The translations under genes were made by a program, and so were the position numbers. From Moniliella sp. 'wahieum' (taxonomy: Eukaryota): a stretch of 64,000 nucleotides of DNA. A model generated the notes under the pieces. The model saw only the letters and a list, made by a program, of their open reading frames with translations. It ran no database searches and was not told the DNA's origin. Position 1 is the stretch's first letter. Every line of letters begins with the position of its first letter. The DNA lies in contig RSEE01000104.1 in the NCBI GenBank assembly GCA_003971905.1, positions 62,001 through 126,000 of the forward strand, written 5' to 3'. Below are positions 12,535 through 24,969 of this stretch, in pieces.

Positions 12535-15048
12535 TGCTGCTACTGCATGTCCCTGGCCCGATGGCCACGGGCAAGCGATCACACATTTTCCTGGTTTCTC
12601 CCTCGGAGGCCATTGTCCTCTGTACGGTGCCTTTCGATACACAATTTACGCATTCACAGAGGCCGTATAACCCTCAGGTAACTCAGAAATAAGAACAAAA
12701 CGCTATAATGCTGCTCCCCGCCAACCACAGACCCACTGCTCTGAGAGACTGGTTGCGTTCAATGCTCTTTACTAGTCCGTCACTTGACGTTTCAAACTAT
12801 AACCATCAGTATACCCGGCGTGGCGTATCGTAGCCAGAAGACACTACCGACCCCTTTCTGACATCCATGACTATCAGGACGATCATGACTGTCATAGATT
12901 GAGGACCTTTACTTTGATGTCATAGACATCAAGTAAATAACGCAGCTGTTCTCGATGACGGGGACGGTAGTGATGTCCATGATGTCAGATACGAAATGGA
13001 TGTCATTGGCGACATGGATACGAGACTCGCTCAGGGTATCAAAGACATCAGGGAAGGGGAAAACATCAAAGGGTTATGCCCTATCAACGATAGGGTTCAC
13101 GTCAAATATGTCGGCGATGACAGCACTACCAAAGATGCCTTAGACGTCGTGAGTGCCTTAGACGTCGGGGTGTCATTGACGTGAGTGATACCATAGGGGT
13201 AATAGATCTCCAACAATGGCATTGATGTCCCCGGGTACCCCGACATCAATGTCTCCGCAGCTTTCCATGGCATCATTGCATCCGCCGATGACACTGTCGA
13301 CATCGAGGACTATGACTGCTCTCCTGTTGCATACACGTTTCTTTGGGGGACTATCCATAATAATGGCTAATCCTATAATTAAACCACAAAAAGGAGATCT
13401 GGTATTTGGATAGATTGGTATTGTATCGTGCCAGGTCACCACATGTGTTCGAAGGGTTAGTATCACAGACGCTGCAACGAGGATCAGCGGGTACAGTTGC
13501 ACCGGAGTCTCAGGGATGGCATCCAGTGAAATGCCCCACTAGTTTCACAGTCCGTTAGACAGCTTCTCCACCTGGTTGTATATTCAGCAAATCGAGACAG
13601 AGATGAAGGAGGATGGGAATGCACATCGCCGGAAGGATCCTGCCCTCCACGCCGTTGAGGTTGCGGTCATACTCTCCCAGGTTGTGTTTGACAACCTTCT
13701 TGTAAAATGAGGCCACACTGACGACACCCAAAGTGGGCCCGCGGGCCTTACTTACCCAGTGGTGCGTCTCCACCTGCAAGTGGGTTCGGGTAGAAGCGTT
13801 CAGAATGTACCGTGAAGAGGAAAGGAACCAATTGAAGATACGCACATTAGTTACGATCTCGTAGCGGATGACCGCTATAGCTAGCGTTATTCTTGCTCGT
13901 ACTTCTTTGCCTAGGCACCCTTTATCATCAGTTGCAGCATCGATAACGGTGCCAGGAGGCCTTGGTCTGGCAACGTGACTTTTGGCCCATTCCTGCTCAA
14001 CCCAACCTTCCTTTCTTCCTTTTGTCAGAGAGAAAGCTGGGTCTCGAGCGATTCAAGATAGATACATACCGCACAAAGGCACCTAGATGAGACGCTTCCC
14101 AAGGAGCCTTCAGGGAACGCATGACTAGCTGTTTAATGTACTTGCGCTGCAAAACCAAAATGCCTTTAAACGGAAAAAGATGCTGTGGTCAGCCTTAATC
14201 ATCTGAAGATGAAAAATGGAGGCATACAGACATAGGGCGGACTTGGCCAACAGCATCTCGAGTCCGCTTTTCTGCGTCTTCATCATCCGCTCGCAGTGGC
14301 CTGCGACATGTGGCCGTCCGCGTCATGATCTCATGAAGAACTTTCCGTTTTGCGCTTTATGGAGTTCATGTTGCGTTTCGTTTACCCCACTTACGGCTTC
14401 GCGGACGTCTGCGACCTGATCTTGGAGTCGGATCATGGCCTTCCACTGGGGTGTCGAGCACGTCATGCTCTCCACAACAGGCGGCTGGCCGAGGCTTGGA
14501 AGTCGGCTTGGAGGTGAACAAACGTATAATGGCCGAGGTGTGCGCGGATGTCGTCCGGCTGATCCTGGATGCAGTCTGGTTGCCTCGCCCGGCCACTGGC
14601 TGTCATCAAAATATCCACATCGGGTCTGATGGGGGCCATATCGGGACTGGCGGGGTCCGAAAGCGTTCAGACGTTGGAATGAATAAGAGTTGGCCTCGCC
14701 TTTAATAACTGCCACTAGTGCTACTAACATTTGCAATGAGAGCTACAGTAGAGGCTAGAGAATATACTCCTGTTGGAAGGAATGATAAGGAAGGTTCCCT
14801 TTGGCTGCGCCTTTTCCCTACAGTGGCGCCACTTTTGGCGCGTGGCCTGGTATACGCCACATGGAACCGTGCTGCAACTGTCACAGATAGCGCGAGTACT
14901 TGCACTGTGTAGTGCACCCTCCGCTTCGACGGACATACTAGCGCATGGAACCGTGTCCGGTGGGCTGAATAATGATGTGAAAGACCAGAGAGCAGGCAGT
15001 TGACGGTGTATTGCATTTTGCACATGAGCGGATGAGCTACAGAGATGG

Positions 15049-15407
15049 TATGGGACGCTCCGGTGTCTCTCGATGCGGAGCCACACATGTCATAGGCATC
15101 TCTTCCAAACACGTCATCAGTCTCTACATGCCTAGCAAGAGAGAGCTACAGTAGTAAGGCATAAAGCGCAGTCAGTTCTGTCAAGTCCGCGGTCCGGTAG
15201 GCCGCAGCAGACAAAGGGTTCTGCCAAGACTGTGGGCGCAATGGGAACAAAGCATCGTACCCATGCGCCCATATTGAGCGGGCTGCGAAGGATGCCAGCT
15301 GCATGGATAGATAAGCTCTCTTGCTAGCCTATGTAGAGGCTGACGTGCTAGTAAGAGATGCCTATGACATGCGGGCTCTGCGTCGGGAGACACCGGAGCG
15401 CCTCGTA
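15049..15407. mobile_element. MITE-like foldback element with ~100-bp imperfect inverted arms
   Basis: 15049-15148 (tatgggacgctccggtgtctctcgatgcggagcc...cctagcaagagagagcta) aligns with the reverse complement of 15311-15407. Both outer ends are TA; spacer is ~160 bp. Confidence 0.65.
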
Positions 15408-15860
15408 ACAAGAGTCAAATTGCTCAACACCGTGCTGCAACTTGGGTCAATTAAAGGACATTAGATTACGATTACACCGAACCATGCCACACTGAGAGGA
15501 GTGTGGAGTTACTATTAGTTACTAGTTTTCTCTATACTGCATCCCTATCATTGACAGAGCTTTAAAGGCGTCGCGGTGCTCTCATGTACCGCCTTCCGGT
15601 ACTCGGTCTGCGCCTGCGGCGTTACGCGTTACATGAGTTGCTTGTTTGCTCAGGGGGACGAGACCAATTTTCTCACGCCCATCGTATTTAGATGCTTTGG
15701 GATGCACCTTACACTACACAGCCCCTGTGCTGGCGCCGCACGGGGCCGCATGAGAGCACCAGTACAACCCTGCTGCCTGCGGCGCCATCGACTGATCGCC
15801 TACTGCGATTCTCAGATCTCATGCCAATCGATAATCTCTTCAAGCTTCGCTTCACTAGCT

Positions 15861-15893
15861 CTTCAAGCTTCAAGCTTCAAGCTTCAAGCTTCA
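15861..15893. repeat. (CTTCAAG)n tandem repeat, ~4.7 units
   Basis: Directly visible. Confidence 0.9.
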
Positions 15894-17479
15894 CTAGCCG
15901 CTAGTCACTAGCTCCACCAGTACTCTAGTACTCTTCGTACTACGTGAGGCCGGGTGAAAAAATGGGAAATGGGAAACGCCCCTGTGCACTTTTACATCAG
16001 CTGACGCGTGCCACGTTCCAGTCCACCCAGCCAGCACGTATCTCTAGGGGGAACGGTGGCTAAGGTGGCGGCCAAGCACCGAGCTGGGGGAAGAGCTGAC
16101 CGGGCCGTAGGCCCGGTGGTCTCTCGTTGGTGATAGTATTTGTCTCTCCAGCGTGGAATGGTGGACCGGTGGACCAATGGAACGGCGGCTACGGTGGCAA
16201 CGGTGACCCAGCCTAACAGGCTGGGGCGAAGCCTCAGCAGACCGGGCCGTGGCCCGGTGGTTTCCTATGAGGCGCATAGCGGTCGCCCACAGATCGCTTA
16301 GTTGGACGAGATGCAAAGAAAAGTAGCGGTGCGATTGATGAATGCCTGGCCCATCGCTGGTCAACTGTGGCGAAGCAGCGAATACGCGGCAAACACACCC
16401 AAGGAGGCGGAACAGCGGCGGAACACGGGGCCATCGCCCCGCACAAAGATACGATGCGAGGGTGCTTGCCCCTCTGACCGGCCACCATCAAGGTTGCATA
16501 AGCAGATCCAGGGACCATTGCCTTTTGCTTGAACATTGAAGCTTGAAGACTGATGGCACTGCTGTCCTTGTGATCGCCGATAACAGATTTGACCTCACTC
16601 GCGTCCTTGACACGAGGATAGCAAGGGAGAGCCGAGATGGCGCTGACATCCTGGATGTCAGAATAAATAAGGTTTCTGACATCAGCGACATCAAGGCCAC
16701 GATGGATATTGGTGACGTGTACACTATCAAAAAGGGGTCGGTAGTGGATTCACTTCTTGCAACACAAGAAAAAGTGATCCGAGAATCCTTTTCTTCGTTC
16801 AACAATCATTAATCATTGTGCGACAGAGTAGTACTTCAATTGTAGCCACGACGGTAAGCAATAAACAAACGGAATCACCCCCTACGGCCTGATCGGTAGG
16901 AATGAGCGAAGAGGGACAAGCGACGAGTATTAGCAGCGAAATGACCACTGAACAAGGCCGAAACTACAGCCAGGGACGAGCAACACCAATGGAAGCTCTC
17001 ATCCAGCGCGCTCACCGCTCACATGTCACATGTCACAGGCCAAAAAAAACTAATGCCCCTCTGCCTCAGCACGTCGACCACCCTCCGACCTCACCGGTCA
17101 CCCTCTCACCCACCTCTCTCTACCAGACAGGCTTATACCCATCTTGATTTTTTCTTCTGCGGGCGATCTGGTTTACGGATCAAGCTGATCAAGCGTGGCG
17201 CATCGCGCCCAAAAACATATGTGCGAAATAAGATGCAGGAGATGAGTACAACAGAGGAGGGGGGTCTGAGATTCGGCGAGTGGGAGAGTGGGAGAGTGGG
17301 AGAGCGGGAGAGTGGGAGGCTCTGACACTCTAGTTCCGACATGTGACAATGAGAAAGGTCAGCGCGACATGGTGCATGGCGAGGGACTGAGGATCCGTGC
17401 AAGATCCGAGGGGCCAAGGGGAGGGACAACCGTAACCCGTACCCGTACCCGTACCCGGTACCCGGCCCCCGTGGCGCAA

Positions 17480-19813
17480 TCAACGAATGAACCAAGACAG
17501 AACGAAGCCCAGTAAGGCGACGATACCGATCTGCCAAAACGACGCGACGTAGTTGAACGGCCAAGGGTGTGCGTCGGGGGTAGGGGAGACCGAGTAGGCC
17601 AAAGATGCCACCGAAGATCGGGCCGAGGCAGTGCGGCCGAGTGGTAGTTTGAGCCAAGCCGTTGGCGGGGGGACCAACGCTGGAGGGCTCAGGGCATTGA
17701 TCAAGATAGTAATCGAAGTGAAGGCAGCTACGTTGGCTAGGTACCGCAGTGCGCTGATCGCTACCATGGTGGGCATGACCAGTGCCCTGCCCAGGCCGAA
17801 GGGTACCACTTCCTCCAGTGGACGCAGCAGGGGGAACAGGACGTAGCACGGGAAGTAGAGTGCCATACCGAGGCGGAGCATGCTAGCGTGGGTCAGCTGG
17901 CCCGTGGGCGGGCCGACGCGTGATAAAACCGATACTGCAGTAAGTTTGGCAGATGGCCATGATGGCGATCAGAACGGCAAAGTGGGCTGCGGTCAAGCCT
18001 AAGCCGCCATCGGAAAAGGGGGTTACAAGAAACACATTGAACACCTGGTCAAACGAAGAAGAGTGAAGAGCCAAGAGGGAGTAGAGGCCAATCACCAAAT
18101 AGGGTACCGAGGCGCCGCGCTCCTCGTCGGGTTCTGCACGTGGCCCTTCGAGCGGGGACGGAGGCGCAGGGCTATGGGCTCGGTGAGCTGGGCGGACACG
18201 CACACCAGAGCGGCGGAACAACACGGGCATCGTCCTTCGTCTGCGGTGGGGCGAGGAACGGAGATGGACCGAGGTAAAGTGCCGCGGGGCCAGTGGCGGT
18301 TCACCACTCTCTTCCTGCCTCTGGGTGGATGCCAAGGCATCCCCAAACGGTTGGTCCGGATCCAACTCGACCGCATCGGCATCATCTGCTTGCGCATGAT
18401 ACAGGTCCAACACGTCGTCGCTGCCGGCACTTTCATCGGCCTCCTCGTCCCAATCCGAAGACCCCGTAGGATCCTCCTCGTCGGGGGTGCCATGATCGCG
18501 CTCGCCACCAAGCACAGCCGCCACCCATAGATCGACAAGGCACATGCTGTCGTTGGCGAGCAGAAACCGCTCGGCTACCGTTGGCACGCGCGAGGAAGGG
18601 GCGAACTGCGCGGTGCCGGGGACAGGCAATGGGCGGGAAGCAGGGCGGTAGCCATAGGCCGAGCCGGGGGCACCTGTGAGCTGCTCGGATACGATGGTCC
18701 GGGGTTGGGATCGGAAGGAAGCGAGAGGGTCCGGTCGAAGGTTCGGGGAGAAGGTGGCCCAAGGTCTGAGCGGCGGAGCGGCCGGCAGAGCGAGCGTCAA
18801 GAGCAACTTGTCCCCCACTCGGCGCAGATCGTCCTTCTCGACCGGGAGAGAAATGGATCCTGTCCTCGGCCCCCCGTCGCGCGCAACAAAGAAGCAGAGC
18901 AGCGCGCCTCCAGCCGGGATGAAGGAGGCGACCACACAGGGCAGCAAATACGGCAGCCGAACAAATACGCTCGACGAATCAAAGGCCCAAGGGAACTTTT
19001 GCACGGGATGTTCCAAGACGCCACCCAAGATTGGGCTGTGGCATCCCGGTGCCCCCATCATGCAAGATACTTGGTCAGCAACACAACTCGAGCCACACAT
19101 GCAGCAGGACCACGCACCCAACACTGCCTCCCAAGCTCCAGCAGACACCGAGGAGCGCGTACGCGCGCGCCTCGTGAGCTGGGTGAACAATATCCACCGT
19201 GGCGCGGGCGACGCCTACAGCGCCATTGAACACGCCCTGGGCAAAGCGGGTAGCCAGCACGGCGGGGAGGGTGGAGGATGCACCGAATGCGACGGTGGCC
19301 AGGGCCGAGCCGGCGGGAGGCGGCCATCACGGCTCGGCGGCCATGGGGGCAGCAAGGCGAGCCCACAGGAGGCTGGTGATGAACTGGGCCAAGAAGAAGG
19401 TGGCACTGACAATGCCCACCCAGAGCCCCACCTGGCCCGGAGCCAAGGTGCCCATGTCGGCCAGCATAAAGAACAAGAAGGGGCCGCCGACGCCTGCGCA
19501 GAGGAATTCGCCAAACAGCACGCAGCAGACGACGGCGAAGGGGATGCCGTAGGGCGGGGGATTGCAGAAGAGGGGGATGTATGCGCGGCCATCGGCAGCA
19601 GCCAAGACGCGCTCCAGCTCGGCGTCGGGGGGAGAGGTGGTGGGAGCGGGAGCGGGGGCGGGGGCGGGACGCAGGCCAGGGCCAGGGCCAGGTGCGGCGG
19701 CGGGGGGCTGGGGCGGGGCGGGGCGCTTGAAGGAGCGGGGGCCAAGCGGCTCGAGGGGGACGGCGGTGGGGCCAGTGTCGGGGTTCCGGCACGGCGAGCT
19801 CCCACGCGGACAT
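17480..19813 (-). CDS. Major facilitator superfamily transporter (YCR023C/ZIFL-like) with long acidic central loop
   Basis: TM segments GIVSATFFLAQFITSLLWARLA(A)-GRRAVM, RFAQGVFNGAVGVAR, AYALLGVCWSLGGSVG, PILGGVLEHP, LPYLLPCVVAS, and a C-terminal half (GGLGLT, ASARSSVASL). Frameshifted. Confidence 0.85.
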
Positions 19814-20173
19814 GGCGGGCGAGGCGGAGGCGGAGGCGGTGGCGCTGACCGGGGGCTGAGCAGGCGGGCGTTTGGCGTTGGTGTGACTGGCAGAGTGGCG
19901 ACTGCGCAGCATGCGGGTGGGAAAGTTTCACTACGACCTGAACATCTCACCAGCACATCCATCCCTGCCCGCATCTTGAATCTGACAGCCCCTTCCTGCG
20001 TGCTCCCACAGAGCGCGTCTCTCGCCGTGGCGGTCTGGGGACATTACAGATTGATTCGAGGGTACCAACGTACTCCATACCGGAGCGCGCGCCGGACGCA
20101 GGACGAACCGCCCGCAGTATTGCAGCACCGATTACGGGGTGCCAAGGCAAGGACCCGGGCAAGGGGGGTAAGG

Positions 20174-22200
20174 CTAAGACGTATGCGCGGGTGTGCGATG
20201 GAACGGGGGTGGAGCCTCGTGGGCCGTATCTGGCGCACCCGCATCGGCATTCCAATCAGCCTCAGCGTCGGAACGTGACACTGAGCGCAACGGAAGCGGG
20301 GCCTTGTGAGCTTGTGGGGCAAGGCACTCGTACAGGGCAGGGTGAGAATTATCCAGCGCGTCGAGCCAGTGGAAAAAGGCGTGGTGGAGGTGCTCTTGCT
20401 TGCAAAGCAGTGGGCAAATGTGCTGCTGGGCAAACGCTTGTACCTCAGCTTGGTCCACCGGCTCAAGACGAGGGTAGAGCGGGAAACTAAGTAACGCCAA
20501 GCGTTCGTCGACAGCGTGATGGTACGCGTCAAACAGCGGTGTGGCCAGTACCAGTCCCTCGGCCGGGGCGCGTGGTACGCCCGACCCGCTTACCTTTCCC
20601 GGACCAGCCTTACCCCGGAGTAAGTCTGGGGCAACCCCGTCCCCGTCGTACCAGATGCGCACGGGCGCGCGCGAGCGGGTAACCGCGACGAAGGTCGCGA
20701 CCATTTGGCGGATCCGGTGGTGGACCAACGAATCCCTGGACAGTGAGAGTGAGCTTGATCCACTGCAGGCCGGTGGGATCGGTGGGGTAGACAAACGGGT
20801 CAGAGAGGTGGACGGTATGCACGGCCGGTCCGGCCTGCTGATCGTTCGTCCCTTGGTGCGCGGTACAGTTGGGAAAAGTGGGACTAGCTTGCCAAGCGCG
20901 GAGGTGCTGCCGTGCACGGGCGAGCGTGGACGCAGGTAAACGGTAGGTAGGCAGTTTGGCGTACACCTGGTCCAACCAGCTGCGTTCCTGTTCGGTAAGT
21001 GGGGGAGGGTAACGACGTCCCCTCTCGCGCCCACGCTTGCCCATCGGTTCGGGCGAGGACGCGGGCGGGGCGCAAGGCGGATGGGGCGGAAGCGCACGCC
21101 AAAACGGATGGTCCAGTATGTCCCCACGACGGCAGAGGCGGTGGGTCGTTAAGCAACTGGGCTCGCACGTCGTTTGGAACGGAGAAGGATTGCATCCACG
21201 TCAGATCGGCACTGGGTGCGCTGGCCTGGATCTCGTGCTGGTGAACGTGTTGCAAGCGGCGGTGCATCGCGCTGCCCGGCGCGGCGGGAGGAAGAGGTAG
21301 GGGGGAAAACGTACTCGTACCGACAGGACGGGGCGACGCTGCGGAGCTCAAAGAGTTTGCTTGTGCGCACCAGGGCAAAGATGCGCACAGTCGGGGGCAA
21401 CAACTGATTAGCCCTAGCGCGAAGACCTTCCAATGCTGTACGGGCCGTATCCTGGGCCACACGTAGCTCCTCCTCGCTCACCTCGTACGGTGCGGCACCT
21501 GCACTGGTCTTACGATCGCGACCAAACTGGTGTCGGAGGTGGCGGAAGCGCAGCGCGCGCGAAGTAATAATTCTCCTCGACCGACGGTGCCAGCGCCACG
21601 CACTCGGGCACCTCGAGTTTCAACGAAAACACATTGGTCAAAGCGGGCACGCCAGGCTGCGTTCGCGCCGCGCCGCACATCATCACTTTGCTCCGATTCG
21701 TCGCGTTGGCCTCGGTCACCGCACCGGCTCCCACCAGCGCACCAAATACCTCCGCTTCAATCCTATCCATATCCGCGGGGACGTGGGACCCCGCGTGGCC
21801 CAAGCCCGCTTCGGCATAGCCAACCAACACGGCAAACTTGCGCTTCACACGCTTTTCCTCCGCCTCGGGCACGCTCGCCTGCCAAGTCCGCTGGCGTGGG
21901 GTGCCATCCGGGCGGCGGAGCGCGGCGCGAGGTGGGCTGGGTGCGTTGGTCAGGGTGGGGGTGGGAGGAGAGCGGGGCGCGGAGGGGGCAGGGCGCGAGG
22001 GGGACGCCGAGCCAGACGTCTGGTGCCGGATCAGGTCTTCAAACGTGCACGCCGACGCGGGGGGCGGGACGGACGGGGTGGAGGGGGGATGGGGAGGAGG
22101 CGCGAGCGAGCGACAGAGGCCGCACGACAGGTGCAGTGTCCTGCGCGGGACGAGGGCGCGCGGGGCCGGGGCGCGCACAGCGCAGACGCACGACGGCCAT
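20174..22200 (-). CDS. Divergent TruA/PUS1-family pseudouridine synthase-like protein (catalytic motif altered)
   Basis: KRKFAVLVGY, IEAEVFGAL, AARTQPGVPALTNVFSLKL, RYEYVFP, HRIRQMV, VPRAPAEGLVL and FAQQHI occur in PUS1 motif order. Arg-rich N-terminus from ATG at 22200. Confidence 0.75.
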
Positions 22201-23880
22201 CGTGGCGAAGCTGGTTGTGCGAGTGGCGGAGGCGGAGGCGGTGGCCAATGGCCGATGGCCGATGGGGGTGAACTCCAACGGGTGCGTTGGGCGTGGAAGC
22301 TGGCCTGGGGCGGTGCGTTGGGCTGCTCAAGCGGCAGCGCACAGGGTGAAACGGAAGGTGGGAGGGAGGGGGTGGGAGTGGGAGTGGTTACTTACTGGCT
22401 GATTTCATCTCATGGATCATCGATCATCGATCATCCTTCCTCCGCACACCCCGCAGAAGACACAGACACTGCCCCCGCGCCAGCCGCGCCGATTAAATTG
22501 TTCCTTCGCGTGGCCATTTCTTTCGTCTGCGGTGCAAGTCGATTGTCGACGAGAGAGAGGATCCGACGCTGCCACCCAGTGCTCCACCGCTCCCCCCGAC
22601 GCCAGCTCGACTCCCCCCGCTCGCCCTCGCCCTCGTCCGCCTGTCGCCAGACCCCAGGAACAGGGCCTGGCGGGGGAGCGTGTGACTGTCGTGGTCGCGT
22701 CAGGCGCATCGCTGACTATGGCCCCCCGTCAAAGCAAAAACCACAATCCCACTGGATCATGGCATGCAGCGTGGCATCGTGGCCGCTCATCTGTACTATA
22801 GCACTCGACATCAGCGCTTGGCTGGGGTAGCGTGCGCAGCGCTGGACGGCGGAACTGCGCTGGCCTGGTCCCACGCCACGCCCACCTCGCCTCCCACCTT
22901 CCGCCTTCCTTCGTGGTCAGTCATCGAGCAGGCCAACTATGCGAATGAGAATGTTGACGACACTTGGAGGTAATCGATCAAGATGGATCCAGGCCGGCGT
23001 AGCACCAGTGCGGCGGAACCAGTTGTCAGACACGCTGGCTGTCGTTGTCAAGTCCACACCTCATACTCAAACCGTAGCAACGTAGCCTCCACTGTCCGTC
23101 CGTCAGATTCATAAACGGGTCTTATGTGGAGCGGATGGCCAAGAGTAGGTCGGAGCCCTTGAAAGGTCCAGAGGCGAGGGGTATACATATGCTCATTCGT
23201 TTCCACCACAATCAGTGCACCTACTTGTGACGTCTCTGGCGCGGACTCGAAGAGGAGACAACCAGAAGGTGGATTTGCCTCAACCAATGGCGCAGTCCCT
23301 AGTCATGGCCCAGCTCAAGTGGATCAACCGACGTAACTTGACCGGTCGCAAACACCAGTACCTGCTATACAGTCTCTGATACCTGGTACCTCCTCCGTTT
23401 GGGGCGTGGGGTGGTACGAGCACAAGAACCGAGGTTTCTGCAATGTCTTGCAGGTTTCTGTCGTGCGGGATGTGGGACGCCTCGCAGACACAATGGTGGT
23501 GGCGGACATTATACTATTGATGGAAGTTTTACGAAGAGGACCAAGTCGGACTATGCTCAGATACGTCTTGGGCCATACACACCTGTTTGGCACACTGATT
23601 TTTTGGTTTTGGGACCGGGACCGGACGTACTCTGGAACTAAGGGTAGGGCCGACCTGTTGGTACTGCCCAAGTACTAAGTACTGACATCAAACGACGATG
23701 ATCTTGCCTCCAACCGGGGGGGCGGTACCGGGCGGATCTTTACATGTGCATCATGTCACTAGCGTCATACTGGTGCCTGTACTGTGGCACCTGTAGCCCA
23801 CCAGCGAGGGGGAGACGAGTGGTGCGGTAGGGATTGTGCGGATGGCCAGAGGTTGATGGGAGAAAAAAAGCGATACGAAC

Positions 23881-23934
23881 GTTCTCGTTCTCGTTCTCGT
23901 TCTCGTTCTCGTTCTCGTTCTCCTTCTCGTTCTC
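23881..23934. repeat. (GTTCTC)n microsatellite
   Basis: Directly visible, ~9 units with one imperfect. Confidence 0.9.
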
Positions 23935-24498
23935 GGTCGCTTCATCCTTCGTCATCGGCTTTGGTGCGCTGTTGGGCGGAAGGATGCGCTGGGCTGAGAT
24001 ATGAGATCTGAGATACCTTGCAGCACGGCACTTTGATCCGAAGAAACGGTCGCCCATCCGACGGAATCAGAAATCAGAATGAACATATGCACTACACGTC
24101 TATCAAAAGTAGCTACTGCTACTGCTGCCGCCCTCGGGCCTGAGCCCTGATTCCCTGGCCTCACGAGAGGTGGGGCACATACGGTCGCTAGACTAGATCT
24201 ATACTACGTGGTGAGGATGGGGCGAGGCAAGCCATCGAGTAATTACTACTCATGCAAAGCAATGCGTTCGGGCGGTCCGTGCAAGGCAAGGCGGCAGTGC
24301 CAAGGACATACAACTGGCAACTGGTATTCTCATCGGTGATCAATGAAAATGAGAATGAGAATGCGAGGCGAAGCGCGAGACGAGGGCGAGAAAGTACATA
24401 GGGGAGGGGGTATGCGAGGCCAACAGAGAAGGGGAAACAAAACCATACACATGATCACGGCAGCAAGAGGAAGAGGCAGGCTTAAAACATCGCCACGG

Positions 24499-24969
24499 TC
24501 AGGTACTGTCCGGACCGATCTTGGCGCGGCGTGGGGCCGGTCGGGTGTGGGCTGGGGTGTGAGTCCGGGTGGGGGGGAGGTTCGGGGGGGAAATGAGGAT
24601 GGCCGGGACGAGTGGCAGGACAGGCGGGGCCGGGGGCGGGGGACAGTGTGTGTCTGGGAGCGGTTTGGGCGCTTGGCGCGGGAGCAAGGCGGCGAAAGGC
24701 AGGAGGAAAGAGGTGAGGGGGTAGAGCCAGAGCGGAAGGATCCATTCAGGCACGGGCGGGAGCGGGGGCACCCAGTTGCGCAGCAGCGCACGCCACGAGT
24801 CGTCGGCAGTGGGGTCGGGGGGCAGCGGGAGGTAGGCGACGTGGCCCGAGACGGGGTCGAGGAAGAGCTGGCGGCCAGTGCGGATGGCGGGGTCGAGCCA
24901 CCAGTCGTCGATGCCCTGCGCGGCGGGCGGCAGGCGGCGGCCAAACACGCGGCCGGCGATGGGCATCAT
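24499..24969 (-). CDS. Hypothetical small protein
   Basis: MMPIAGRVFG...IDDWWLDPAIRTGRQLFLDPVSGHVAYLP... has coding-like GC3 bias and a hydrophobic segment. No family recognised. Confidence 0.35.
   Translation of the reverse strand: MMPIAGRVFGRRLPPAAQGIDDWWLDPAIRTGRQLFLDPVSGHVAYLPLPPDPTADDSWRALLRNWVPPLPPVPEWILPLWLYPLTSFLLPFAALLPRQAPKPLPDTHCPPPPAPPVLPLVPAILISPPNLPPTRTHTPAHTRPAPRRAKIGPDST

Noticed and set aside
13555..14736. Possible transposase fragments in the island
   Set aside because: No DDE, RT or Rep/Hel motif could be recognised by eye.
15542..15560. TCCCTATCATTGACAGAGC resembles the tet operator
   Set aside because: It has several mismatches, is a partial copy of the dispersed 60-bp repeat, and there is no vector context.
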